Source of the DNA: Felis catus
Taxonomy: Eukaryota
Assembly: GCF_018350175.1 (NCBI RefSeq)
Contig: NC_058383.1
Location: forward strand, 4,092,001-4,156,000
Direction: 5' to 3'
DNA: 64,000 bases
The position numbers were made by a program, and so were the translations under genes. Numbering within the stretch: position 1 is the first letter of the stretch; every line of letters begins with the position of its first letter. This document shows, one piece after another, positions 13,622-26,169 of the stretch. The notes below the pieces were generated by a model. It ran no database searches. It was not told where the DNA came from and saw nothing but the letters and a program-made list of their open reading frames with translations.

Positions 13622-13883
13622 CCCAACTAGGCTCAGAACCATCAGTGCAGAGCCTGACTCAGGGCTCGATCCCACAAACCATGAGGTCGTGACCTGAGCC
13701 GCAATCAAGAGTCCAGGGACCAGGTTCTGAGCTGTCAGCACAGAGCCTGATGCAAGGCTGCAACTCACAAACCCCAAGATCACGACCTGAGCTGAAGTCA
13801 GACACTTAACTGACTGAGCCACATTAAATTTTTTTTTTTAAAAAGAGTCGGACGCTTAACCAACTGAGCCACCCAGGCGCCCC
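13524..13883 (-). mobile_element. CAN-SINE with a second SINE fragment nested inside
   Basis: Outer TSD aagacttaa at 13515-13523 and 13884-13892, with an (AG)n tract. The inner insert at 13714-13842 is flanked by aagagtc. Confidence 0.85.
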
Positions 13884-13892
13884 AAGACTTAA

Positions 13893-14830
13893 ATTTTTTA
13901 CAGCAGTTTTATGCTCCCAGCAAAACTGGGAGGAAGATACAGAGATTTCCCACATCCGCCACCAGGGTGGTGCATGTTGTTACAATCCCTGAAACTATGT
14001 GGACACAACATAATCGGCCAAAATCCACAGCTGACGTGAGTGTTCGCTCTTGGTGCACATTCTGGGGGTTTGGACCGATGTATGATGAGCCCCAGCCATC
14101 ATTATAATGTCATACAGACCAAGTTCACTGCCCTGCACATCTTCTGCACCCCTCCTGCCCCCAGCCCCTGGCAACCACTGATCTGGTGCTGCCTCTAATT
14201 GCCTTTTCCGGATCGTCATATACTTGGGACTATGTGCATATAGTATGCAGCCTTTTCCGACTGGCTCTTCTCCTCTCGCGTAAACATCCACATTTAAGGC
14301 CCCTTCATGTCTTTCCACATTTTGATGGGCCATTCCTTTTTAGGGCTGAATAATATCCCGCTGTCTGGATGGACCACGGTGTTATTTATCCATCGCCTGG
14401 TGAAGGACATCTTGGTGGCTCCCAAGTTTGGGCAACTATGGATGAAGCTGCTGTAAACATCTGTGCACAGATTTTCTTTTCTTTTTTTTTTTCCTTAACA
14501 TTTATTTATTTATTTTTGAGAGAGCATGAGCAAGGGAGGGGCAGAGAGAGAGGGAGACACAGAATCCGAGGCAGGCTCCAGACTCCGAGCCGTCGGCACA
14601 GAGCCCGACGTGGGGCTCGAACCCACAAACCGTGAGATCATGACCTGAGCCCAAAGTCCGACGCTTAACCGACTGAACCACCCAGGCGCCCCTGTGTACA
14701 GGTTTTCGTGGGGACCTAAGTTTTTCCCTCCTTTGGGGGCTAAAGGGGCACAATTTCTGGATTGTACGGTAGAAAGATGGTGCGTCTTCCTAGGGACCAG
14801 CCAAACCCTCTTCCAAAGTGACAGCATTTT
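13893..14830 (-). mobile_element. Old LINE-1 3' fragment (L1M-type), interrupted by a SINE
   Basis: Typical antisense L1 3' UTR text: cccctggcaaccactgatct, ggctgaataatatccc, gaaggacatcttggtggctcccaagtttgggcaactatg. Confidence 0.75.
14477..14692 (-). mobile_element. CAN-SINE (SINEC_Fc-like)
   Basis: Full body from the T-rich tail to cccaggcgcccc, with an imperfect TSD tgtgcacagattttc / tgtgtacaggttttc. Confidence 0.9.
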
Positions 14831-15926
14831 ACATCCAGCCTACTGACCTTTCTTGTTTTTCTCCTGGTCAGAAAACGCCAACGTTATTCATCTTGACGCA
14901 GGTTGGTCACTCCCGCCCTTAACGCCTCGGCCCCCGGCCAGGCTGGCAGGAACTCAAGTCGGTCTGGGCGAGTGGCCGTGAGGTTCGGGGGAATGAGGCT
15001 GCGCTGTGCGAGCTCGGCGGCTGGAGGCGCTGCCGAAACCCGGCCCCGGGGTCTTGCGGCGAGCGCTAGAGATGCACACTAGTAACACGTCTGGAACACT
15101 TGCGGACCTGGGGCAGGGCTCTCCGGAATCCTGGGCCTTCGGCCCGCGGAGCACAGTTTCGAGCAAACGACTCCTCTGGCCGACGCACCGGGACCCTTCG
15201 AGCCCGGGACGCCCTGTGTCCTCACGTCCGCGACTGGAGGACGAGGCTTGGCCGCTGTTTGTGGCTGGCGGTTCGGAGCCACGCGCTGCTGTCCTAAGGC
15301 TCACAGAGCCTCTGGACCCCTTCGGTCCAACCTGACAGTACCGTGGTCCTGCCGGGGCTCGGGGATGAGAGCCGGGAGCAGCCTCTGTCCCCCGGAGTTG
15401 GCGTTTCTCGGGAAGACGGGCAAGACACATGAACCTGTGCCGAGGGCCTGCTTTGAGGTTAGCAGGCGACATCAGGGGACATCCCCACGGGGAGCTGCAG
15501 GCGACAGGACTTTGACGTCCGGGAGGGGGTGAGCAGGCAGACAGGTGCAAATCGCTGGTGTGTTGGGGCCACCGGGGGAGCGTGAGGGGCCGTGAGGGAG
15601 GAGACCGGGCTGCAGAGGCTGACACTGCCCCAAATTGTGCCGCTGGCCCGAGGTGGCCCCAGTCCCGCTCAAGAACAGCCGAGGTCCACCATGTGCCAGG
15701 CACGGCCCTGGGCCTCTGGCCACTGGACCACCAGGCACCAGGCTCCCTGCGGGGCCTTCCCAGGTGAGCCCTGGCCTTTACGTCCGCTCTGGATGGCTCT
15801 TCCCATTTTATAAGAAACCCGAGGCTCAGAGAGGTTGACAAATGTGACCAGAGACACACAGCAGAGTGAGGTTTCAATCCAGGCCCATCTTGACACTGGC
15901 ATGGAGAGAGACTGGTCGGCACAGGG

Positions 15927-15929
<3 letters not shown>

Positions 15930-15968
<39 letters not shown>

Positions 15969-15978
15969 TGCGCGCGCG
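15930..15978. repeat. (TG)n microsatellite running into (CG)n
   Basis: About 48 bp of alternating purine-pyrimidine sequence. Confidence 0.95.
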
Positions 15979-18739
15979 GCCTCTCAAGCTGAAGATTGTG
16001 TTTTCGAGGGAAATGCAGACTGAGTGAACGGATGACACTCTCTGGTTGCAAATGTCCTTGAGGAGGCAAAGGACACGGGCTGCAGGGGAGAGAGGGGAGG
16101 GGGCCTGGTAGCCGGAGGAGCCAGACAGGGCCCAGCGGCAGGGATGAAGTCACAGGACCCCCCCGCTTGAGGCCCACGCGGAGCGTCCCCAGCCCTGCGG
16201 CACCACGGGCCCCAGAGCCCCTTCCGCGCCCTGACCGCAGCCCTCGAGAAAGCAGCCGTTGGGAGAGTTTGTAGTGATAAAAATATCAGCTTGGTTGCTT
16301 ACAAAAATCGCTCGCAGCCTAAAAGCGCTCGTCCCTCGTTGTCATGGAATTGACAATACTGATAAGGATCAAAGGGACCAGAATAGATGCGAGGGGCTGG
16401 TTCCCACTTAACTCTTAGAATCTCTTTCTCTTCTAAATTTCTGGCTCTCTCCTGAAGAACATTCTAGATGCTGTCATGTGGCCACCGCCCGTCATTCTGA
16501 ATGCCACATCCTCTGCTGTCCTGGAACAGCACCCCCTTCCTGGGATAAGCCCCCCTCTCCCCCTCCCCCAGCCATGCAGGGACCATCCGACCACCCACGC
16601 TCCTCACCAGCAGGTGGTCATGTGACCCACGCTGGGCCAATCAGAATTCTTCCCACGGGGATGGAGAGAAGAGGGTCAGGCCCTCTCGGGAGGCGGGGGT
16701 GGGGCGCTGTGAGCCAGGAGCTGGGGGCGACCAGAGACAAAGACCAAAGGCCCCCTCTGCGACCTGGTCTCTGGCTCCAGTGCCTCCGGGCCCCTGCCCC
16801 ACCCTGGCTGGAGCCCCTGTGTGGTTACACGAGCTGGGGCCCCTGCCATTTCCAAGTCCTCATCCAGGCCCCGAGCTCACCCGCCACACCCCACCCTGCC
16901 CTGCTCCTGGTGCGGCCCGAGGTGAGGAGGCCCCTTCCACGGACGGACCACCTGCCTCCCCGCCACTCGACCGCGTCTCCGCTTAAACATCACCTCTTCA
17001 GAGACCTGCCCCGACCACCCCCTACGTGAACCCCTGTTATTCTCTAGCCGGCCCCTCGTTTTTCCCCTCGTTCGCATTTGTCACAAACGGTGACGTACGT
17101 GGGGAGGGCATCTCACCTGTCATCACCGCCCCCCGCCCCCCATGACTGCAAACGACCGGCCGGCAGGGACCCATACGGCTGGATCAGTCAGGACCCTTTC
17201 AGGGTCAAGTTTCAGAAACCCAATCCGAACGTACAGCCGGCGTACCTGGGGCGTCCGGACCAGAGTGAGGCATCGGAGATGTCACCGGGCCTCTGTGACT
17301 CGTCCCTCCACCAGCCCCACGGGGTCCCTCCAGCAGAAAGTAAGGCCCGGAGGGATCCCTGACCCCCCCCCCGCCCCCAGGCCCACTTCCTCACATGCTC
17401 TCCCAGCCACGAGGCATCTGGCTCTGTGTCCCTGGAGCCGAGAAGAAAGCGGGGCTGGAGCTCTGGTCTGGAGCTGCCGGCATCCAAGGGACACGTGCAA
17501 CAGGCACGCAGAAGACAGTCCCAGGCCAGGCCCCAGGGCAGCGTCTGGGGCAGAGCTCAGGTGGGGCCGGGGGAACAGAGAGGGGGTCCTGAGTGTGCTT
17601 TGCAGAGGGAGGCCCAGGCGGGGCCCTCGGGGGAGGGGGCGGTGGCTTGGAGGGCCCTCGGGCACTCGGGGGGCCTGGTGGCTGGGGAAGCGAGGTCGCT
17701 AACTGCAGCCGGTCCCAGGGCCTTCCGCCAAACGCACACATGGGCCTGGCCGGCAGGCGCGTCCCAGGTGGGCGACCCCGTGCCAGAACCAGGACTGCCC
17801 CCTGCTCTGACCCAGCAGCATCCCCATCTCGTGGACGTGATGACAGAGGCCCAGGAGGGAGGCGCGACCTACCCACGGCCACGCAGCTGGGGCGCAGGGA
17901 CACAGAGTCCCAGAGAAGCTTCCCTCCTTCCTTGGGTCAAAACGGAAAAATCCCAGTCGCCCGCAGCAACCAGTGGCTCAACAAGGCAGCCGCAGTTATC
18001 ATTAAATGTCCCTTCCAAGCCCAGGAAAGCTGAGATGGGGAAGCCATCGGGCTCCTCACAGCCTTTGGCTAAAAAGGGACAATTAGATGTGTGGGGGCAG
18101 GGTTAACCGCGGGCCCCAGAGGCCGAGATCTCCCCGTGTTGGAGCCTCCCCGGGAGAATGACAGCCCTTCTGGGGACAGGACTTTGCAAACCAGGCAGGT
18201 GTCGCCCCTGTGACATCCTGGGGGCCGGGGCGTGGGAGTGCTTTCCCGGGTATCAGCAGCACCCCCGAATCCTGCACGTCTCGGGGCTCTATAGACAAAT
18301 GTTGGAGAACCCGGGGGCGAACCTTTGGCTGAGGACTGAGCTCTTCTCCCCGTGAACATGTTACCCCCCAGAAACCTGGCCCGCGTGCATTTTATCCAGC
18401 AACGCACATCCTGCACGTCCCCCCCGAACGTCATATTGTGCATATGGTTCCACTGACTACAATCTTTATTTCTAGTAACTTCCCTTGTCCCTCTTTTCTT
18501 TCTCACCACCCACCTTTCCTCCCAGCCCAGGCCCCCCTCGGTGGGCGTCTGCAAACCCTTAGCTGCTCTGCCCGGGCAGACCTTCGTGACCACCACCACG
18601 GGCGGACGAGGACGCAGTGACCGTGTCGAGAAAGGCCACGGTGTCTCTTGGGAAAACTGCTCCATGAGCCCTGAGTTATGTCCCCGTCTCCCGTGGCCAC
18701 TGCAACAAAGTCCACAACCGGGTAACTCAGAGCATCGTC

Positions 18740-19310
18740 ATGTGGGCTGAATTGTGACCCCAAAATTCACCTTGTGTTCTGAACCCCCAGCGTCTCAAAA
18801 TGTGACAGGGTCTTTAAGGGGGTAATTATGGTCAAATGAGGTCACAAGGGTGGGCCCCAATCCGAGAGGCCTGGGGTCCTTCCAAGAGGAGGATTTCAGG
18901 GCACAGACACTCACAGAGGAATGACCACATGGGGGTGGACACAGGACCAGACGGCCCTGCCCACACCTTGATCCTGGCTCCCTCTGCAGGAGCAGGGGCG
19001 AGTGGGGGCCGGGGGGGGGGTTGTGGGGGTCTGTCCCGGGCCACTCTCCCGCCTTCTGCTGAATGACCGCAACCCTGGGGCATTCCTGGGCTTGTAGACA
19101 CATGTCCCCAGTCTCTGCCTCCATTGTCACATGATATGTCCTTGTCCAGGTCTCCTTCTGCTTCTAAGGACACCGGCCATTGGGCTAGGACCCCCTGGAA
19201 TCCATTCGGACCTCCTCTGAACCTGTGCGGAGACCCTATTTCCAAACAAGGTCATGTTCACAGGTACTGGGGCTTGGGCCTTGGACACCGTCGAAGCCAC
19301 ACCATGCCGC
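18740..19310. mobile_element. Two MaLR (MLT1-like) LTR fragments in opposite orientation
   Basis: 18740-18990 (+): tgtgggctgaattgtgaccccaaaattca...gccctgcccacaccttgatc. About 19030-19310 (-): gcattcctgggcttgtag...ccctatttccaaacaaggtca. Confidence 0.65.
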
Positions 19311-19681
19311 CACCCACGTAGTCCGGCTCCCGTGAGGCCGCCACGTGGGGCAGAGGCCCGGCAGCTCCATCCGCCGCACTTGGAGCCTTGGCCCAGGCAG
19401 CAGACGGACGGGGCGGGGCGGGGGGAGGAGCCACCACCCGCCCGTGACCGCGCTCGACACGCCGCCCGGGAACTGCCAGCGGATCCCGCTTCACCTCCAG
19501 ACCCGCAAGCAGAAGGAGCCACGCTGTTGCGCGAACCACCGGTTTGGGGGGCACCGGGTAACGCACGCCCTGTCCCGCTTTCCACAAAGGCCACCGGCTG
19601 TCCGTTCCCCCAGCCAAGTCCGGGGTCGCCTCTTCCGTCCTGCCTCACCCTCCGCATCGACTGAGCGGTACCACGCGCGAC

Positions 19682-19795
19682 ATTTTTTTTAGGCTTATTT
19701 ATTCATTTTGAGAGAGAACGAGAGCCAGCAGGGGAGGGGCGGAGAGAGAGAGAATCGGGGCCTTCCATCCAGCAAACCCAACCGGGAGCCAGAGG
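19682..19795 (-). mobile_element. Truncated CAN-SINE (3' part)
   Basis: tttatttattcattttgagagagaacgagag...gggaggggcggagagagagagaatc. Confidence 0.65.
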
Positions 19796-21584
19796 CAGAG
19801 ACCCCACGGATGTGGCCCATACGGGGCAGCTCCCAGGGCGCGAGGCAGACAGGAGGGGCAGAGGGACAAGCCCGGGGAGACGTCCAGGGAAGTCTGACGA
19901 TGAACCCGCCAAGGTCATCCTGTCAGCGGCTGCTGAGATAATCTGGGCATCTAGGGCTGGAAGAAACCTCCCCCGAGGCTTCTTAGTCTTGGGGAGGAAG
20001 CAGGGGCCCCACCGAAGATCTGATAAAATCCAGGGTTTCCTCGCAGCAATCGGGGAGGAACCCCTGTTCCTCCAGCTCCCATGGCCTCCAGTTCCCAGCA
20101 GCACAAACACCACTTGAAACAGCTTTCTGCCAGAAAGGGAATTGACCGTCTCACAGAGCGGGTGTCAGGTAAGGGTAGATCCAGGGTCCCAACACCGCTG
20201 GGGGTTGGCTCTCTCTCCGTCTCTGTGTTCTGCTTGTCATCTCAACACGTCAGTGCTTGGCTACAGCAGCCTGAGCTTATGCCCCCAAGTTAGGAAGCCT
20301 CAAGGAAGAAACCCACCAGCTACACCCAGCGGAGGTTCTGAGGAAAGTTCTGGGGGGGGGGGCACATGTGAGCCACACGCCCATCCCTCACCAACCACTT
20401 GTGTCCCCGTGGGTCCTGTCTCGTGGCTGGCCTCCTGCTCGGCGACTGACAGCCCCGCCTCCCCCATGGGAGAGGGAGATTGGGTGAGGAAGCTTTTCAA
20501 ACCAACACTAACTGTGGTGACCACAGTCCACGCCCTTGGACACATGACATTTCAGGGACCGCTGACCACCGCCAACCTCTTTCCTTTACAGAAAGAGGAA
20601 CAGAGCCATAGATCAAGGTCACCCAGTGAGTCGGGAACAAAGCCGTCTGGGCTTTCTCTCAGAGAGCCTGAAGCCTATTAAATCCTTAAATGGCATTATC
20701 AAGGGACATGCACTGAGTTTCCATAATCCTCCATGGGGATTAGGAAAATGCAGCCGAGCTAAACTCCTTCCCGGGACGAAACAGCCGCCTGCCCCCAGCA
20801 CTGTGCTTCTCCTGAGCCCGCAGCAGCCCCTGGAGGGCAGACAGCAGCCCCTTCGGCAAACGCCCTCGGGCCTCAGGACCCCTCCCCACCTCATAGCACC
20901 GCAGCCCCTGATCATAATGACCACAAACACTGGTGTCGTCTCACAGCTCAGGAAGCCTTCCAGAGGCACAGATGGGTGTTCTGGGTGGATGAAGCCACAC
21001 GAGTGAAGGTGTCGAGGCTGGGCCTTGGGGTCAGCCCTGCCCCTAAAATTGCAGAGCCTGGGGCAAGGGTCCAGTGGCCAAAGGCCCACCTGCCGTGGGT
21101 TCACTCCCCACACATGCACCCTTGACACTCCCCTTGGTCACCCTTGGTCTAGGGCCACGCACACACTAATCCACACATCAGGAGAAAAGTCCCCAGAGAC
21201 CCCAGAAGGGGGTCAGGGCCGCTCCGACAGGGGACCAGAGGGGCCCCAGGCCGCGGTGCGTTTGGCAGGACCTGGGGGTGATCGGTGAAGTAGACAGACC
21301 TGGCCAGTCCCACAGGACCCTCACAACCTGGCTGGGAAGCTCGGGGGTGGTGCCTTGAGGGGACTGGGTGCCGCGGGCACACGGGCAGCTCTGTGCTGGG
21401 AGACGGGGCTCCGGATACCGCGGGCAGGCAGTTGAGGGGGCACAGACGTGCTGAGCGGCCAAGCAGGATCCGTGACAGCGGTGTCCCCAGGCTGGAGTCC
21501 AGGGCACGGACTGTCTGGGATGCGTTTGAGGGACCCCCCAGAGGGGAGGATTGCCCCCGCTCCGTGTGGAGCAGGGGTGAGGAA

Positions 21585-22510
21585 AAGTGGCAGTGTGCGG
21601 GGGTAAGTGCTGTAACCACCGGCTCTCACGTGGGAAAAGCCCTGATTTGAAGCAGTGACCAGTTTCCATGGTGTAAATATTCCCACTGTAGCCGATGTCC
21701 GGATGCCAACAGGATGTCAGGGAACAGAGTTGGGAAGAGAAACGCCATAGCACATCACCACGTGGCACCAGCTGGATAGAGCGGACACAACCTCCAGAGC
21801 AGAGATTAAAAAAGCAAGGTAATCAGGAACCGATGAGGTGTTTTGTTTTGTTTTTTTAATTTTAGTATTTATTTATTTTTGAGAGAGAGAGAGAGAGAGA
21901 GAGAGAGCAGGGAAGGAGCAGAGAGAGAGGGAGACACAGAATCCAAGACACGCTACAGGCCCTGAGCTGTCAGCACAGAACCCGACGTGGGGCTTGAACT
22001 CGCAAACTGTGAGATGGTGACCTGAGCCGAAGTCGGATGCTTAACTGAGTGAGCCACCCAGGCGCCCCTGTGTTTTGGTTTTCTTGAGAGAGGGGAGAGC
22101 AAGCACACGCAGGGGAGGGGCGGAAGGAGAGGGAGAGAGAGGATCCCAAGCAGGTTCCACTCCCAGTGCACAGCCCGACACAGGGCTCGATCCCCCACCA
22201 GGAGATCAAGACCTGAGCTGAAATCAGGAGCCAGACTCTTAACCGAAGGAGCCCCCCAGGCACCCCTAGAAGCGATGAGTTTTTAAATGTATTGTTTTTG
22301 TATGTTTATTCAATTTTCTTTAGGCTTATTTATTTTGAGAGAGAGGGAGGGAGCATGAGCAGGGGAGGGGCAGAGAGAAAGGGGGAGAATCCCAAGCAGA
22401 CTTGTATGTTCATTTAATTTTTCATAATGGCTGAGTTCCCGTCTTGCAGAATTTCCTCAGAATGTAACAACCAGCTCTCCAGAGGTAGCTGTGTTCTCCG
22501 GCACAGCCCT
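21585..22510. mobile_element. MER63-like hAT DNA transposon remnant split by a SINE cluster
   Basis: Left part: taaccaccggctctc...gccctgatttg...tttccatggtgtaaatattcccac...gagttgggaagaga. Right part: gcagaatttcct...taacaaccagctctc. Confidence 0.55.
21838..22400 (-). mobile_element. Cluster of three CAN-SINEs (about 21838-22068, 22070-22267, 22315-22400 partial)
   Basis: Two GGGG(C/T)GCCTGGG 5' ends on the minus strand, (AG)n tracts and T-rich tails. Confidence 0.85.
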
Positions 22511-23935
22511 AGGAAGGCAGAGCTGAGGCATCTAGAACGTTCCCTCATTAAATCCCACGGGGTGGAGGGAGATGAGGACGGTGCCCACTGACCCCCACCC
22601 CAAGGGCCACATCCAGCCCCCTTCCCAGCCTGAGGGACAGCCTGACCCCCAGATGCCCACCACGCCCGCAGACGCGCTGGTCGTGAGCGGGCTGAGGGTG
22701 CGTCCCTGGCTGAGACTTTCCTAGGCGCTGGCCTGGCATCCAGGCCCCTCTGCAGCCCGAGCTGGTCCCTTCCACCAGGCAGCCGGCAGGAAGCGGCCTG
22801 GACGGTCCAGCCTCACCACAAAGCCTTGCATACCTGGCGGGGACCCTGCGGGATCGACTGTCACCGACTGGCAAGACGCCCCGGACACTTGATTGTTGAT
22901 CCTGCTGATGGCCGCTGACAGCCGCTGGGCACCGATTCGGTGCCCGCGGGCCCGGCGATTGTCACACGCTGTTGATGTAATTAGCGGCCATCCCGTGACA
23001 CCGTTGCTACCATTGTGACCCCATTTCTACAGATGAGACAAGTGAGCTCAGTCAGCAGCACACAGCTCGGAGGCAGAGGCTCGGGGGGAGCTCAGGTTTG
23101 CCCGGCGGCCAGGCTCTCTCGAGTGGGGGAAAGGACCAGGGGAGGGGAGGCGGGCTCCAGGGACCTTGACGGGGATGGGGGGGGAGGGGAGGGGAGGATG
23201 AAAGGGTGCGGGCCGGGGGTGGCCGTCCTCCGTCCCGGTCTCTGCAATCTCTCGCCAGCGATCCCACCGCACACGTGGACCCCAGACTGCTCACAGAGAC
23301 GTTCTGCTCAACGGATGTGTCCGTCCAAGGTGGGGGGGGGGGCTCTCGCTTGGTTTATGTCCTACATTTCTGGGCTGGCGAAATATCGTCCTTATATTCA
23401 GAGGAAACAATAAAGCTATTTTCGGCAGCTTGGGAACAAAACAAATCCAATGGCAACTAAAACCTCAAAGGCCGGTGCTGGGAAGGCCCAGAGAGCTGTG
23501 TGTCGGCAGGCTTCCTCCGCCTGGGAGGGGCTTCGTCTACACCACAGTGGGCGGGGGGGTGTGCAGGAGGAGAAGGGAGGCAGGCAGGGCGCGTTGTGGA
23601 GCCGCAGCCCCTCGGCCCCACCGAGGCAGACCCTGAGGTCCAGAGAGGGTGAGCACCCCGCCCTGGGTCACACAGCCCACCGGGGCCAGGTGGCTCTCTC
23701 CGCGGCTCTGCCGGGCGCTCCGGCTCCCGCGACGGCTCCAGTGTTTGCTCAGCACTCGGGAACAGATGGCTCCAACTCCCACCCACGGAAGCCAAACATT
23801 TTCCCTGGTTACCCTGCTAATTTGCTCACAAGCCTCCTCTTGTAAATAGAGAGTACAAAGCCTCCGGCGAACAGCGTGTCTGACGAGCAATTTCTAACTG
23901 CACCGGTAAGGCTTCCGACTGAGCAAGACAAGCCC

Positions 23936-24012
23936 CAGGTAAGGCCCAGGTGCGGCTCAGGTTCGGTTCAGGTGCGGCTCAGGTTCGGTTCAGGTGCGGC
24001 TCAGGTGCGGCC
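23936..24012. repeat. 11-bp minisatellite, 7 units (CAGGTNNGGYY)
   Basis: CAGGTAAGGCC CAGGTGCGGCT CAGGTTCGGTT CAGGTGCGGCT CAGGTTCGGTT CAGGTGCGGCT CAGGTGCGGCC. Confidence 0.9.
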
Positions 24013-26169
24013 GGCCGATCTCCAGCGGGACACCCGCTCCCGTCCCGGACCTGCTCCTCCCCTCCCCTCCCGCAGAGGCTGCCGGGAGAGCCTGGGCCAG
24101 CCTCTGTGACTCTCTGGCATCCTCTCATCTGTGAAATGGGCGTGCTGATTCCAGAGCAGAACGTGAGACATCGTGTAGGTGCTCTGGGAACGGAGGTGTC
24201 TACGAGAATCTGGTCACCTTCATCTGGTGACGCTGGGCTGGCATCACTCTGCGCCCCCCACCCTCCTGACGGTAATCCTCCCTTTCACTTACGGAGCCCT
24301 CCTCGAGACCCAGCCCTGCCCTGAGACCCAGGGAGGAGCTAAGTCCTCAAGATTCTGAGCTGTGTGGTGCTGGACAAGTGGCTTCACCTCTCTGGGCCTC
24401 AGCCCCCTCTGTAACTCGGGCTGTGGTCCAGGTAAAGATTCCCCGATGCCTGACAACCCAGTGAGTGCTCAGGGTCATTCCTACCTCGCCAAAGTCAGGG
24501 GAGGCTCCCCGAGGCTTTGCGGACAGAGGAATAGAAGCCGAAGGGTAGTGGCGAGTGTGTGTGGACGGGCAGTCCCTGCAGGTGGAGGGAGCCACGTGGG
24601 TAGGAGATTGGGACGGACCGTGGGGGAGGGGGAGCCACAGGAGGCTGGATGTGGCTGGGGAGTCGCAGAGGCTGTGCAGGGTCTAGGCGGGCGGGGATGG
24701 CAGGGAAGGGGGAGTCAGGGCTCCCAGCAGGTCCCAGGCTCCCTCCAAGGCTCCCCCCCAGCCTCATCCACAGCAGCCGTAATAAAGAGCTCTTCCTACT
24801 AAAAGCTCCTGGAGCGGGGCCAGACCCAGCAGCCCTGGGAGCCCTGGGACCCTGCTGGCTGGCCTGGGGCATCGAGTCGGGGAGACCCAGGAGGCCGCTT
24901 ACAGCCCTGGCCAGGGCCACTCCTTTGATCTCCAGGTCTAAGGGTGTGGCGTTCCAGGGCGTGGCATAACCCAGGGCAGGCAGACGGGGGAGGGACAAGC
25001 GAGGGACGAGTGTCTGCCTGGCCTCGCTGTGTGGCTGGGCCAAGCCCTCCCGCCTCTCCGAGCCTCAGCCTCCCCTCCCGGAGTCACTGTGGGGTGGGGG
25101 GGGGGGGCAGAGGCGGGGCTGACTCTGCGTCCTGGCGGGCCACGCGGGGCAAGGGCCTTCTCCTCTCTGGGCCTGGCAGTCCCAGGGGCCTTTTCTGCCC
25201 ACGGTCAGAAACAGGCTTTGATGCCTTGGTCCCTGGGACCTGCCCTAAGGTGACTCAATAATCCCTGCGTCCCCGGGGGTGGCTGTGAGCGCGAAGAACG
25301 GTGCATGTATGACTACGACCCAGCATCCCTGGGGGATTCCCACCCCACCACACACCTGCTGGCTTCTTCATCCCTAAAAGGGGCTCGGCGGGGGTGGGGG
25401 TGCCCCAGTCCCCGCAAGAATTAGAGAAGGCGACAGAGGTGAAGGCCGTCCCTGCACCAGGGGCGATACTGAGGGGTGGAGACCCCCGCCCCTCGGCGAT
25501 CTGCGGAGCCCGGCCGTGCCCGGCGCGTCCAGCTGGCTGGCCCTGGACGGCAGCCCAGGCGGCGTCCCTCCCTCTGCCCCCGGGAGGCTCCCTCTCCCTC
25601 CCTGGCCGCGTGTGTCCTGGGCAGGCCCCGCGCTTCTCTCTCTGTCTGGCTGTTGGCTGCAAATACCAGTTGATGGGAAGATTCTAATGGGCTTTAAGTT
25701 AATAAGTTGGGACTAAATTAGGTTTGAGCTCCGTAGGAAGCAGATGGCACAGCCACCGTGGCCTGAAACAGCCCCCGTGGAGCAGCGACGGCCAGGCGGG
25801 GGGCGCCGCTGGGCTCTCTTGATCCTTCTCTCTCCTCCGACATTTTATTATGAAAGTTTTCAACATAAAGGAGATCCGAAGGAATTGTGCAGCGATCACC
25901 CATATGCTCACTGTCTGTATTTGCTCTGTTGGCTTTCTGGGACAGCTGCCCGTCCCCGCGTCCCCCTCGCCAGCCACCAACCCGTCACGTTGTTTTTAGT
26001 GCATTCAGAGTCGGTGGCAGACATCAGTGAACTTCACCCCTCAACATGCAGGTCATTAGCTAGAGGTCAGTATCGGGTTTGGCTTTGTTTTCTGTGGTTT
26101 TTTTTTTTTTTTTTTTGCTTTTTGTTCTTTTTGGGGGGGGAGGGGGTTGTTTTTGTTTTGCTATTTGGT

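Noticed and set aside
14954..16177. 407-aa minus-strand ORF
   Set aside because: It runs through a (TG)n microsatellite and MIR-like sequence, with no recognisable homology or splice structure.
23936..24012. CRISPR-like reading of the short repeat array
   Set aside because: The context is eukaryotic, the units are contiguous with no spacers, and there are no cas genes.
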